Below, one piece after another: positions 1 through 9,801 of a DNA stretch of 64,000 nt. This stretch comes from a virus. A model generated the notes under the pieces. The model saw only the letters and a program-made list of their open reading frames with translations. It did not search any database and had not been told where the DNA came from. The translations under genes and the position numbers were made by a program. The stretch spans positions 43,861 to 107,860 of the IMG/VR virus record IMGVR_UViG_3300017786_000003. One strand, given 5' to 3'. Each line of letters starts with the position of its first letter. Position 1 is the first letter of the stretch.

Positions 1-186
1 TTTCTTACTCCGTCAGAGGGGTTTGATGATTATGCAAACTTCTTAAACATTGATGTTAAAACATTAGAAGAAATAGGAGAGTTATGTTCTAAACCAGATC
101 TTGAAAAAGAAACTTTAGTTGATAATAATCAATTTTTATATCAACTATTAAAAAATAGTTCCATATATTTGTCAAAATCAAAATAA
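1..186 (+). CDS. 3' end of a hypothetical phage protein (truncated by window start)
   Basis: Frame 1 is open from base 1 to TAA at 184-186 (FLTPSEGFDDYANFLNIDVKTLEEIGELCSKPDLEKE...). Absent from the ORF track because the start lies upstream. Confidence 0.75.
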   Translation, partial: FLTPSEGFDDYANFLNIDVKTLEEIGELCSKPDLEKETLVDNNQFLYQLLKNSSIYLSKSK

Positions 187-192
187 CAATTT

Positions 193-609
193 ATGTCACA
201 AATAGGACAAAATATGATGTTAGTAAATTCTAGCTTTAGAAATGCTAAATCATTCACATTAATTCCAGTGAGTAATGACTCACCATATGTAGAAGCTATG
301 TTTGACCCAACGTCAGGCATCTTAGCTGTCATCAGTAAAGTGATGAAACAATCTTATCACATGGTACCTAAATTAGATGATGAAGGTCAACCTATGAGAT
401 TAAAGAAACCTAATATGCAGACGGGTAAAACTGTTAAAGAAGAAAGAAGATTGGTTGATACCTTTTCTGAGTTTTATCTTAGTGATAGAGAAGACATTGA
501 AAGATTTATACATATGTTTGCAGTTAATGCAGACAACTTTAGTGTAGAAGAATTCTTTGTGGATCTTAAAAAAACTGAGCCATCAAAAATTATATTACCT
601 GGACAGTAG
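193..609 (+). CDS. Hypothetical phage protein (138 aa)
   Basis: ATG ORF packed between the upstream gene and polB. Confidence 0.8.
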   Translation: MSQIGQNMMLVNSSFRNAKSFTLIPVSNDSPYVEAMFDPTSGILAVISKVMKQSYHMVPKLDDEGQPMRLKKPNMQTGKTVKEERRLVDTFSEFYLSDREDIERFIHMFAVNADNFSVEEFFVDLKKTEPSKIILPGQ

Positions 610-643
610 ATTTCGTGGTTGACTTGCTACTGACTTAAAAAGG

Positions 644-669
644 AAAGCCTATTGACGTAGGCTTTTTTT
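644..669 (+). terminator. Intrinsic terminator/attenuator upstream of polB
   Basis: AAAGCCTA-ttgacg-TAGGCTTT followed by a T-run. Confidence 0.65.
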
Positions 670-694
670 GGCTCTAATAATTAAAAATGTAAAT

Positions 695-2689
695 ATGAAA
701 CACTGGGTAATGGACTATGAAACGTTATCTAATTGTTTTACAGGTGTATTTGAACATTACAAAACTTCAGAAACTAAAGTCTTTGTGATACATGATCTGC
801 AAAATGATTTAGATATTCTAATTGAGTTCTTAAAACAAAATATAAAAAACAGAGAGTGGCATATATCCTATAATGGATTAGCTTTTGATGGACAGGTCAC
901 TCATTATATATTAGATAACTATAATAAGTGGGACTCTAATCTTAGTGGATGTGATATAGCTTGTACTATATATAATTATGCACAAAGTTGTATTCAAAAA
1001 TCTAGGAATAAAGAGTTTCAAGATTATCCGCAATGGAAAATGCAAATAGGTCAGATAGATATATTTAAAATGCATCATTGGGATAACCCTGCTAAACGTT
1101 CTAGTTTAAAATGGATTCAGTATAGTATGGATTGGCAAAATATTCTTGATATGCCTATACATCATGACACAGAGATAACTACTCAAGAAGAGATAGATAC
1201 AATTCTTGAGTATTGTATTAATGATGTCAAGTCTACTAAAGAAATATACAATAGATCTAAATCACAGATTGGGCTTAGAAAAGAACTTACTAAAACATAT
1301 GGAATAAATATGTTTAGTGCTTCTGAACCAAGAATAAGTAAAGATATATTTGGTTATTATCTAACTAAGATGCTAAACGTTAGTAAAAGGGATCTTAGAA
1401 ATATGAAGACATATAGAGATAGTATTAAGATATCAGACATTATCTTACCCTATATTAAGTTTACATCTCTTGAGATGAATACACTACTTAGTAGATTCAG
1501 ATCTCTTGAAGTTGATGGTAAAAGCTTAAAAGGTAGTTTCAAGTATGGTCTAGACTATAAAGGTGTTAAAACCCACTTTGGTTTAGGCGGGGTACACGGT
1601 GCTGCTAGCAAAGGTGTTTATGAGAGTGATGAGGATATGGTTATAATGTCTTCAGATGTAACCAGTTTCTATCCTAATCTTGCTATAAAGAATAAGTTTG
1701 CCCCAGGTCATTTCCCTAAAGAAGAATTTTGTAATCAATATGAATGGTTCTTTAATGAAAGAAAGAAGATACCTAAGAGTAATCCTATGAACTATGTCTA
1801 TAAGATTATACTTAACAGTACCTTTGGCCTTAGTAATGATGATAAGAGTTTCTTTTATGATCCTGAGTTATGTTTACGTATTACAATTAATGGTCAGTTA
1901 ACGCTGATGATGTTGTATGAAATGATTATGGAAAGGATCCCCGGTGCATTTGCTTTATTGCAGAATACTGATGGTGTAGAAACTTTAATACCACGTTCTT
2001 ATATAGAAGAGTACATGGCTATTTGTAAAGAGTGGGAAGAAATAACTAACTTACAACTGGAGCATGATGAATATCAAAAGCTTGTATTAGCTGATGTCAA
2101 TAATTATATTGGTGTGAATAACTTTGTAGAAGTTGACATCACTAAATGGAGAGAAGTTAAACAGAGTCAGCCTCATTATCTTTTTAAGGTAGAGAATGAT
2201 AAGTTTAGCTTTGCTCCGGTTAAGTTAAAGGGACGTTTTGATTTCCATAATTTACAGCTACATAAGAATAAATCCAAACTAGTTATACCAAAAGCTATTT
2301 ATAATTACTTTGTTCATGATACTTTACCAGAACAATATCTAGATGAAAATAAAAACATCTTAGATTACTGTATTGGTGGCAAGTCTAAAGGACAATGGGA
2401 ACAAGTAGCACGCTCTATTAAAGACGGATCTTTCTATGAAGAGAAGTTACAGAAAATTAATAGATACTTTATATCTAAAAATGGTGTCAAGATTATAAAA
2501 GTAAATAAAAATGATCAGAGAGAGATACAATTAGAATCAGGTAAATGGCTACAAACAGTATTTAATGATATGAAGGTTGAACCTAAATGGGATAACTACA
2601 ATATTAATAAAGCTTACTATTTGCAGGCTATAGAAACTGAGATTAATAATATCTTATCTGTTTCAACTAATCAACTTAAACTATTTTAA
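695..2689 (+). CDS. polB: Family B DNA polymerase with 3'-5' exonuclease
   Basis: ExoI DYETL, ExoII YNGLAFD, ExoIII YCINDV; polymerase motifs SSDVTSFYP, KIILNSTFG, NTDG. Start moved to ATG 695 because the TTG at 668 overlaps the terminator. Confidence 0.93.
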   Translation: MKHWVMDYETLSNCFTGVFEHYKTSETKVFVIHDLQNDLDILIEFLKQNIKNREWHISYNGLAFDGQVTHYILDNYNKWDSNLSGCDIACTIYNYAQSCIQKSRNKEFQDYPQWKMQIGQIDIFKMHHWDNPAKRSSLKWIQYSMDWQNILDMPIHHDTEITTQEEIDTILEYCINDVKSTKEIYNRSKSQIGLRKELTKTYGINMFSASEPRISKDIFGYYLTKMLNVSKRDLRNMKTYRDSIKISDIILPYIKFTSLEMNTLLSRFRSLEVDGKSLKGSFKYGLDYKGVKTHFGLGGVHGAASKGVYESDEDMVIMSSDVTSFYPNLAIKNKFAPGHFPKEEFCNQYEWFFNERKKIPKSNPMNYVYKIILNSTFGLSNDDKSFFYDPELCLRITINGQLTLMMLYEMIMERIPGAFALLQNTDGVETLIPRSYIEEYMAICKEWEEITNLQLEHDEYQKLVLADVNNYIGVNNFVEVDITKWREVKQSQPHYLFKVENDKFSFAPVKLKGRFDFHNLQLHKNKSKLVIPKAIYNYFVHDTLPEQYLDENKNILDYCIGGKSKGQWEQVARSIKDGSFYEEKLQKINRYFISKNGVKIIKVNKNDQREIQLESGKWLQTVFNDMKVEPKWDNYNINKAYYLQAIETEINNILSVSTNQLKLF

Positions 2690-2925
2690 TGATAACTAAA
2701 CAGCTACATGATGTACCTGTCGGGAGTAAAGTCAAGATAATAAGACCCAAACATTATCTTGGCACTCCCCCAGCATCATTTAATATTAAAGAAGATGAAG
2801 TATTAACTTATACTTTTAAGGATGGCATGTATGCATGCTGTACAGATGAGGAAGGCAATAAATTACATGTTGCAGGCTGGACTGAAGTAGAAATTATTGA
2901 AGAACGTTTGGCTGACTCAGAATAA
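2689..2925 (+). CDS. Small hypothetical protein (possible SH3-like beta-barrel)
   Basis: TAATG overlap with polB; beta-rich sequence (VGSKVKII). Confidence 0.7.
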   Translation: MITKQLHDVPVGSKVKIIRPKHYLGTPPASFNIKEDEVLTYTFKDGMYACCTDEEGNKLHVAGWTEVEIIEERLADSE

Positions 2926-2938
2926 TTAATTATATTTA
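2907..2938 (+). promoter_or_regulatory. Putative Bacteroidetes-type housekeeping-sigma promoter
   Basis: TTTG (2907-2910), 20-nt spacer, TATATTTA (2931-2938): one mismatch to TTTG-N19-21-TAnnTTTG, 18 nt upstream of ATG 2957. Confidence 0.5.
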
Positions 2939-2956
2939 CACTTAAAAAGTTTAATT

Positions 2957-3832
2957 ATGGGATATATAAAACCAAAAGAAACCACAAGATGGCATTTAGA
3001 AAATGCACCTTTACCAAATCATGGTAAGAGTTATACAGTTATATCACACAAACAGGTGATAGATAACACTATGAAACTGCTCAATGATAGCGGATTCATT
3101 ATACAAAAATCATTTTATAGAGCTAGTACAAATGCTAGCGTAGCACAAGGTATATATTATATACATCCTGCTAATACTAAAAATGATTTAATATTAAATG
3201 AAGGTGAGCTAGGGATGATGTTTGCCTGGACAAATTCATATGATAAGAGCACACGTTTTCAATGTGCTATTGGAGGATATGTAAAAGTATCCTCAAACGG
3301 TCTTATAGCTGGAGACTTATTAAATTATAAAAGAAAGCACACGGGATCTGCAGACATGGATGCTAAAGTACAAATTAGTAATCAAATAAAAAATGCAGAG
3401 AAGTATTATGAACGCATAATACAAGACCGTAATGTTATGAAAGATGTTAGAATTACTAGACAACAACAATCTGAATTGATTGGTAGATTGTTTATTGATG
3501 AAAAACTTCTTGACTCACAACAAATGAGTAATATTAAAGCAGAAATGCACAAACCTACATATCAATATGATACTAATCCTGAAACTGCATGGTGTTTTTA
3601 TAATGTCATTTCTAATGCATTAAAGAAGGCCCATCCAAGAGAGTGGTTATGTGATCAACAAAACTTTCATGACTTTATGATTGCTCTTTGTCTTAGTAAT
3701 AGTTACGTAACTATAGAAGAGGAAGTAGAAATTATAGGAGAAAATGAGTTTGATAATATAGTTGTGGGAGAAGATGTAGAAATATTTGATGATGGTACAT
3801 GGATTAATCCTCAAGTATCTTTAGCATTATGA
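2957..3832 (+). CDS. DUF932/DUF945-like phage protein
   Basis: YTVISH, NSYDKS..F, KRKHTG and terminal AW..YN..S.ALK pattern typical of the family. Confidence 0.7.
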   Translation: MGYIKPKETTRWHLENAPLPNHGKSYTVISHKQVIDNTMKLLNDSGFIIQKSFYRASTNASVAQGIYYIHPANTKNDLILNEGELGMMFAWTNSYDKSTRFQCAIGGYVKVSSNGLIAGDLLNYKRKHTGSADMDAKVQISNQIKNAEKYYERIIQDRNVMKDVRITRQQQSELIGRLFIDEKLLDSQQMSNIKAEMHKPTYQYDTNPETAWCFYNVISNALKKAHPREWLCDQQNFHDFMIALCLSNSYVTIEEEVEIIGENEFDNIVVGEDVEIFDDGTWINPQVSLAL

Positions 3833-3906
3833 CACTAAACATCATTTTATTGGGAATATTATGTTTATGTATTTACATATGTTTCTGTATGAATGAAACC
3901 AAATAA
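3829..3906 (+). CDS. 25-aa hydrophobic membrane peptide (not in ORF track)
   Basis: ATGA overlap with the upstream stop; MTLNIILLGILCLCIYICFCMNETK. Confidence 0.5.
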   Translation: MTLNIILLGILCLCIYICFCMNETK

Positions 3907-3972
3907 TTAGGAGACAACCAACTGGGGTCAAGTTTTTGCATTCTTGGCCCTTCTCCTTTTAAATATAAACAA

Positions 3973-4395
3973 ATGAAAGATAAAGCAACTAAAAGAAAAG
4001 AAAGACCAGTATTTACTGGAGTATTAAAATATTTTCCGGATGCTATTATGGAAATAGCACGTGTATCACTACAAGGGAACAAACAACACCATCCAAATAA
4101 ACCTTTACATTGGGATCGTAGTAAATCAAATGATGATTTTGATGCATTAGCTAGACATTTAATTGATGCAGGAACTATAGATGATGATGGAATTCGTCAC
4201 ACATCAAAGGTTGCCTGGAGAGCGTTGGCTTGCTTACAAAAAGAGCTTGAGCTTGAGAAAGAGAAAGGTCTTCTAGGTGCTGTGGAACAATATAATAGAA
4301 ACCGTGATGTTAAGGATCATATAACTTCTATTGAACAACTGCCATATGAAATTATAAGTGGAACAGAGTCAGCATATGTTGATGGAGGAGTATAG
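3973..4395 (+). CDS. DUF5664-like dATP/dGTP diphosphohydrolase domain protein
   Basis: FPDAIMEIARVSLQGNKQH..W, DALARHL, H..KVAWRALA signature. Confidence 0.75.
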   Translation: MKDKATKRKERPVFTGVLKYFPDAIMEIARVSLQGNKQHHPNKPLHWDRSKSNDDFDALARHLIDAGTIDDDGIRHTSKVAWRALACLQKELELEKEKGLLGAVEQYNRNRDVKDHITSIEQLPYEIISGTESAYVDGGV

Positions 4396-4400
4396 AAACT

Positions 4401-4607
4401 ATGACTAAGAAAGAAAAAAGAGAACTAGAAAGATATGCTAAAGCTGGCATTATTCCTTGTACAGAAGATAGCCAAGTGTATAGCTGGCAGAGAACAAACA
4501 AGAAAGCAACAGCTCGTGCTTCACACGGACCCAATGGTGCGTATGAAGTTAGAAAAATAGAAGATGTAATGGCTGAAAGGCGAAAAAAAAATAAAAAAAG
4601 AAAATGA
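4401..4607 (+). CDS. Small basic hypothetical protein
   Basis: ORF in an operon-like run. Confidence 0.65.
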   Translation: MTKKEKRELERYAKAGIIPCTEDSQVYSWQRTNKKATARASHGPNGAYEVRKIEDVMAERRKKNKKRK

Positions 4608-4840
4608 AAAATAAAAGTATAATTCAGTGGTGTATATACGTAGGAGTATATTTAATGATATTATTTCATTTGTTAAGTTGTAAACCAACTGTATATAATC
4701 CAGATACGGATCCTGAAGTCTTAGACTGGTACATTGATAATAATGATACTATTATATATACTAAACAGGATTCTATTAGAGATGAACGTGAAAGGTGGGA
4801 GTATATTAGAAGCCTTGAACATGATAGCTTGTGGGAATGA
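4604..4840 (+). CDS. Putative lipoprotein
   Basis: Basic N-terminus, hydrophobic stretch, lipobox-like LLSC-K; ATGA overlap. Confidence 0.55.
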   Translation: MKNKSIIQWCIYVGVYLMILFHLLSCKPTVYNPDTDPEVLDWYIDNNDTIIYTKQDSIRDERERWEYIRSLEHDSLWE

Positions 4841-5019
4841 GATACTTTAGTGTTTGGTACATACCGTATGATAAATTACTTAGTGATGACCCGCAGTATT
4901 ACAGCAAATGGATGGCTGTAATGGCTGATAATAAAGGAGATGCTAAACAAATGGGAAGACAAGATGGTCTTGTTACCAGAGTTGAGCTATTAAATAAGAA
5001 TAACAAAAAGGTGTTTTAG
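4831..5019 (+). CDS. Small hypothetical protein
   Basis: Last ORF of the + strand run; real start probably ATG 4837 (ATGA overlap). Confidence 0.6.
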   Translation: MGMRYFSVWYIPYDKLLSDDPQYYSKWMAVMADNKGDAKQMGRQDGLVTRVELLNKNNKKVF

Positions 5020-5099
5020 ATAAGGGAGGGTAGGCAATACTGCCAAATAATTTTATAGGTGTAAGATACCTTAATATTAAATGTTTAGCCCTTCCTTAT
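5020..5099 (+). other. Structured intergenic element between convergent gene clusters
   Basis: 11-bp closing stem (ATAAGGGAGGG/CCCTTCCTTAT, one G-U) enclosing two hairpins (GGCA-atac-TGCC; AGGTGT-aag-ATACCT). Confidence 0.45.
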
Positions 5100-5519
5100 T
5101 TAACTCCAGAATATACCACCTACAACATCACCTGCTCCTACTGCACCAGTATTACCATCAGCAGATCCTGTAGTTAAATTCATACCTAATCCTAATTTAA
5201 ATTGAAAACCAACTTCTAAAGATAGATCTAAATAACTATCTGCTGCTACACAGAAGGTTGCAACAGGAATATCTGAATTGACAGGGGCTGTAGCTTTATC
5301 AAATAATCTTAAAAACATATCAGAACTAGTATTATTATGAAGGTTTATAGCATATACACTACCTCCACCTTTTTTAATAAAATCCAGATTGGTTCCAGCT
5401 GATGAAAGTACTCTATGAATAGCTACTCCACCAAATCCATATTGATTTGGCATAGCCATAGACTTTGGGTATTGTGAGTTTAAGCTTGATGACTCTGATG
5501 TATTAAATTTTACTCCCAT
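5100..5519 (-). CDS. Putative virion structural protein (beta-rich)
   Basis: Last gene of the late operon; Gly-rich beta-strand pattern. Confidence 0.65.
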   Translation of the reverse strand: MGVKFNTSESSSLNSQYPKSMAMPNQYGFGGVAIHRVLSSAGTNLDFIKKGGGSVYAINLHNNTSSDMFLRLFDKATAPVNSDIPVATFCVAADSYLDLSLEVGFQFKLGLGMNLTTGSADGNTGAVGAGDVVGGIFWS

Positions 5520-5551
5520 TTTATTTTATTTTAATTGTTTATTATATTATA

Positions 5552-8500
5552 CTATTGATACATAGTACATGTTATTTCATAAGTTTGAGCTCCCTTAAAT
5601 CCTACTACTGCACTTGTTCCATTAGTACCTATTACTTCACCTTGGAAACCAGTTGTAGTATGATTTCTTGTTACAAATGAAAGAATAGAGGCATTACCCA
5701 TACTTTTTACTATAGTACATTGAACTAAATAGTTTGCACTAGGTCTTGTTTGATTAAAAGTTATTGTAAACAATCCGGTTCCTGAATTATATGCTACTTG
5801 GTTATTTCCTGGATAAGTTGAATCACCTTGATTAACTATACCACTAACACCAAATGAAAAATAATCACTTGGTCCTGGATCAGAAACAACTAAGTTTTTA
5901 ACCTCAGTATACTTAACTTTATTGGCATCATCTACATCTTGGTATATTATTAAATCAGAACCATCAGGAATTGATCCAGATGCATTTTGTGCTGATTGGA
6001 TAACAGAACTTGTACCTACATATTCTACAGCTATATCATCTGCATTAGCTTTTAAACCTGCCCCAGCTCCAACATTAAGTGTTAATGTTCCAGTAGTACC
6101 ACTACCTGCTTCAGAACAACCTGTTCCTGCAGTAAGGCTTGTTACTAATGGTAATGCACTAATAGCAACTCTTTTAACAGTATTAGAATCGTCAGCATCA
6201 TTAAATATTATCTCATCTGCTATGTCTGCTGAACCGGCTCCTGGTACTTTTACTAGGTTATCAGCTCCTACAAATTTAACACCTATAGTAGGGTTAACAG
6301 TACTAGATCCAGATTCTATTTCTAATGCTTCACCTGCTGTAATAGATGTAACTGTACCCGCTGGAGGTGCTGATCCTGCAGTAATTGAAGTAATATGTCC
6401 GGTTGAATTAACTGTTATGGATGCAGGATGAGCTGATGTACCTGCTGAAATAGAGTCAGTGTGATTAACTGTAACAGTATTAGTTGTAAGTGGACCTGGA
6501 CCAGTTGATGCCTCAGTAATTACTGTTGTTAAACCTGTTCCACCGGCAATATCAAAATTCTCATCAGTATTTACTACTTGAGCTGGATTTGTATCCGCTT
6601 GTAATGTAAATCCATTGTAGAACCCTGGCATTAAATAAATCTGTTGTTTCTTAAGTGTATTACCATCAGAGGTATCACTAAACATGTAATAGTCAAGAGT
6701 AGCTGGATTTGACTCCGTAGCTCTTGCCATAATTAAGTTGTCTGATCCGGCTATATCAACACCAATTGTAATAGTATCTGTGGTTGAAGTGTTTACTGTT
6801 AGACCACCAAACGTTGAAGCTTGATTTGCAGCAGCAACTGTAAGAGTACCACCTAAATTAATAGTTTGCGGATTAGATCCATCACTTACAATAAAGTTAC
6901 CAGCAGCAAAGAAGTTAGAAAGAGTATTCTTTTTTATAGTATCACTATCACTTGCATCACTGAACCAAATAGAATCCGCATCTGTTGGAGTTTCAGTAGA
7001 TGCAGCTAGTATAGCATTATCTGTACCAACATAGTCTATATTGACAATTGGACTACTTGCTGTACCTGTAACAGTTATACCAGTTCCTGCATTAACAGTT
7101 GTACTACCACCGCCTCCACCAGCTGGGACTTGCCATGTACCATCAGCTCTTAAGAATGTGGTTGATTGTGCTGAGCCTGATGAGTCAGGAACATATCCTA
7201 CTACATTACCACCACCAAACTTATTTAAGCTAAGGTTAAGGGTGCTTCCAGAAATGCTTCCTGCAAAAGGAGTTGTATTTCCTGTAGTTAATGATAAGTT
7301 TAATGTTGTTAAGTTATTAAACGGTAAAGCAGATACTAATGATTTCTTTACAGTATTACTATCATCTATATCAGAGAAAAGAATAAAGTCACCAGTAGCT
7401 GGTGTGCCTGCAGTTTGTACTTCTATAAAGTTATCTGTACCGGCTATATCTAAAGCTATTTGTGCAACATTAGGTGTACCACCTGCTACACTAAAGTCTA
7501 AACCAGCTTGTCCCACAAAGTTTATAGTTTCTCCACCAGTTATTTGCTGTACTACACCACCATCTCCTTGAATACCAAAACTATCTGATCTAAGAATATC
7601 TTGAATAACTGCACGCTTTACTGTATTTCCAGCATTAACATCATTAAATACTAAAGTATCTGTAGCAATATCTATTACTCCAGCACCTGCTGATAATATA
7701 AAGTTATCAGCACCAACATAATCTACAGCTACTGTAGCTGTTGGTCCTGTTCCATTTGTTACTGTAATACCATCTCCCTCATCTATTTGAGATATTGTAC
7801 CACTTCCTGCATTAATCCATGCTGTTCCTGAACCAGTAGAACTTAATATTTGTCCGTTAGTTCCAACAGCATTAGTTCCATCATAAAGTCCAGACCTTAG
7901 TCTTACATTACCATTAACATCTAATTTTTGTGTTGGTACAGTATTTATACCTACACCACCTTGTCTTAATATCATTGCAGTAGCAGCAACACCGTCAGTA
8001 GTTTGTATAAACTCTAGTTGAGATCCTCCTGCACCACTGCCATCCCAACCAACTTGTCTAATTTCATTTTTTATACCTGCTTGACCAACTGCATCAAAAA
8101 GCATAATTTGTGCAGTTATATCACTTACATCATTATTATTAGAATCAATTTTTATGATTGATGGTCTATCTCCAGGGTGTTTTATAGATAATGAAGTATT
8201 TGCTGTAGATTGACTTGGAACCCCTATAGCTAAACAATCATCTGAGTTATGCCAAAATAAGTTTGCGTCACTAGATAATGTATCAGCAGCTGACCAGAAT
8301 GCAACTCTTGTTGCTACACCGGTCCCTGTTACAAAACTAAGGCTTGATGCCAAGTCTCCAAGTTTAATACTTTTATTACTATCAGCTGATTCATCATATA
8401 TCATTAACTTATCAGCTATAACTGCATTTGTTGAAAGGTCAGCTAAATTAAGTATGGTAGTACCAATCTCTATAGCACTACCTGTAGAAATTACATTTGA

Positions 8501-9208
8501 TCCAAGTAAATTACCAGTAGAACTAGACCCTATAGATTTATAACCTACACTTGTACCATCTGATATAATTAATTGACCAGCTGTTCCTGGTGGTAAAGGC
8601 TGTTGTATATTACTAGCGTTACCAACCCAGATGTTACCAAATGGAAGAGTTACTACCGGGTCATCATCTGACCAAACAACTCTACCATCAGCTAAAGATC
8701 TTAATACTCTGTTAGCAGCACCTGCTGCATTACCAGCAGAATCATGAACTTTGTTAAACAGTGTTGTAGCATTTGTTGTGTCTCCTGACGTACCTAATTC
8801 AACTCTTAATTTTAATACACTATTTTTATCAACCTCCAGATTATCATCAACATTTAAATTTCCATTAACTATTATTGAATCAGCAACAGCATTTTGAATC
8901 ATGATACTATCTTTGATAGCAGGATTTTGTACTAAACATGTTCCTACAGCTGTACTGCTATACATAGGTACTCTATGTTCTGTTGCAACACCGTCTTGTA
9001 AGACAACATTAGTTAGTATATCACATTTAATATCTCCGTATTTAACTGCAAAAGGCTCCATTCTTGGAGCGTAAGTACCACCGTGGTTATTTAAAGTACT
9101 GGTTTGGTATAAACGTCCAATCTCTAAATAGTCTTTTTGACTATCTAGTTTAAGCTGTTTTTTATTTCTCTTTAATAGGCCTAATACCTCTTGTATGAAA
9201 ACACTCAT
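5552..9208 (-). CDS. Long fibre/spike protein with internal repeats (1218 aa)
   Basis: Gly/Thr/Ser-rich; GVGINTVPTQKLDVNG fibre motif; six copies of a ~38-aa repeat. Confidence 0.85.
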   Translation of the reverse strand: MSVFIQEVLGLLKRNKKQLKLDSQKDYLEIGRLYQTSTLNNHGGTYAPRMEPFAVKYGDIKCDILTNVVLQDGVATEHRVPMYSSTAVGTCLVQNPAIKDSIMIQNAVADSIIVNGNLNVDDNLEVDKNSVLKLRVELGTSGDTTNATTLFNKVHDSAGNAAGAANRVLRSLADGRVVWSDDDPVVTLPFGNIWVGNASNIQQPLPPGTAGQLIISDGTSVGYKSIGSSSTGNLLGSNVISTGSAIEIGTTILNLADLSTNAVIADKLMIYDESADSNKSIKLGDLASSLSFVTGTGVATRVAFWSAADTLSSDANLFWHNSDDCLAIGVPSQSTANTSLSIKHPGDRPSIIKIDSNNNDVSDITAQIMLFDAVGQAGIKNEIRQVGWDGSGAGGSQLEFIQTTDGVAATAMILRQGGVGINTVPTQKLDVNGNVRLRSGLYDGTNAVGTNGQILSSTGSGTAWINAGSGTISQIDEGDGITVTNGTGPTATVAVDYVGADNFILSAGAGVIDIATDTLVFNDVNAGNTVKRAVIQDILRSDSFGIQGDGGVVQQITGGETINFVGQAGLDFSVAGGTPNVAQIALDIAGTDNFIEVQTAGTPATGDFILFSDIDDSNTVKKSLVSALPFNNLTTLNLSLTTGNTTPFAGSISGSTLNLSLNKFGGGNVVGYVPDSSGSAQSTTFLRADGTWQVPAGGGGGSTTVNAGTGITVTGTASSPIVNIDYVGTDNAILAASTETPTDADSIWFSDASDSDTIKKNTLSNFFAAGNFIVSDGSNPQTINLGGTLTVAAANQASTFGGLTVNTSTTDTITIGVDIAGSDNLIMARATESNPATLDYYMFSDTSDGNTLKKQQIYLMPGFYNGFTLQADTNPAQVVNTDENFDIAGGTGLTTVITEASTGPGPLTTNTVTVNHTDSISAGTSAHPASITVNSTGHITSITAGSAPPAGTVTSITAGEALEIESGSSTVNPTIGVKFVGADNLVKVPGAGSADIADEIIFNDADDSNTVKRVAISALPLVTSLTAGTGCSEAGSGTTGTLTLNVGAGAGLKANADDIAVEYVGTSSVIQSAQNASGSIPDGSDLIIYQDVDDANKVKYTEVKNLVVSDPGPSDYFSFGVSGIVNQGDSTYPGNNQVAYNSGTGLFTITFNQTRPSANYLVQCTIVKSMGNASILSFVTRNHTTTGFQGEVIGTNGTSAVVGFKGAQTYEITCTMYQ
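5910..7730 (-). repeat. Degenerate protein-level repeats in the fibre
   Basis: Six units of (V/I/L)D(Y/I)(V/A)GxDN...D..xFxDxxDxNT(V/I/L)K(K/R). Confidence 0.8.
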
Positions 9209-9219
9209 GATTTATTTTT

Positions 9220-9564
9220 TTATAAGTACAGTGCAGCTAATTTAATGTTAGCTTGTGCTGAACAAGTTATTTTTATGTTACCATCAACATCATTAAAAGC
9301 ATCAACTTCAAATGGTCCTAAGAAGCCAATTTCTCCTGCAGCTAAATTTAAAACTGCATTTTCTTTCTTTAATGTACCTAGTAAGGGATCTATAACTGTA
9401 GTAACTACCGGAACTACGGTAGCAGTAATAGCTCCACCACTTGTATTCTGCACCCAGAAAAATTCTTTTGATGTATTCTTAAGTTTATCACCACCTGCAG
9501 CTGGAGTAACCGTGGTAGGTTCTAAACCAGCTTGTGTTATTTGTTGTGCTGTTATTTGTGCCAT
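9220..9564 (-). CDS. Putative small virion structural/decoration protein
   Basis: 114-aa beta-rich ORF in the late operon. Confidence 0.65.
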   Translation of the reverse strand: MAQITAQQITQAGLEPTTVTPAAGGDKLKNTSKEFFWVQNTSGGAITATVVPVVTTVIDPLLGTLKKENAVLNLAAGEIGFLGPFEVDAFNDVDGNIKITCSAQANIKLAALYL

Positions 9565-9574
9565 GATTTAATTT

Positions 9575-9796
9575 TTAACTATTTCTATATCCATTTTTAA
9601 AAGCTGCTGACTGAACTGGTTCTGATGCTCTTGTGGACTTCATATCACACACAATACCGGCTTTAGCCAATCTTTGTCTTTTAGCAACTTTTTTTGCATT
9701 TCTCTTTTGTTGGGACTTCTGATATTGAGAAGTAGGGTTAAAGTACCCATTAGGTACATTACCATCTCCCAGCGGGAATGATATCTTCTTTGCCAT
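9575..9796 (-). CDS. Small basic protein
   Basis: K/R-rich, in operon. Confidence 0.7.
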   Translation of the reverse strand: MAKKISFPLGDGNVPNGYFNPTSQYQKSQQKRNAKKVAKRQRLAKAGIVCDMKSTRASEPVQSAAFKNGYRNS

Positions 9797-9801
9797 AATT
9801 T

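Noticed and set aside
668-694. TTG start for polB
   Set aside because: Overlaps the terminator T-run; ATG 695 directly precedes the ExoI motif
5020-5099. tRNA gene
   Set aside because: No GTTC T-loop, D-loop consensus or CCA; no tRNA recognised anywhere in the window
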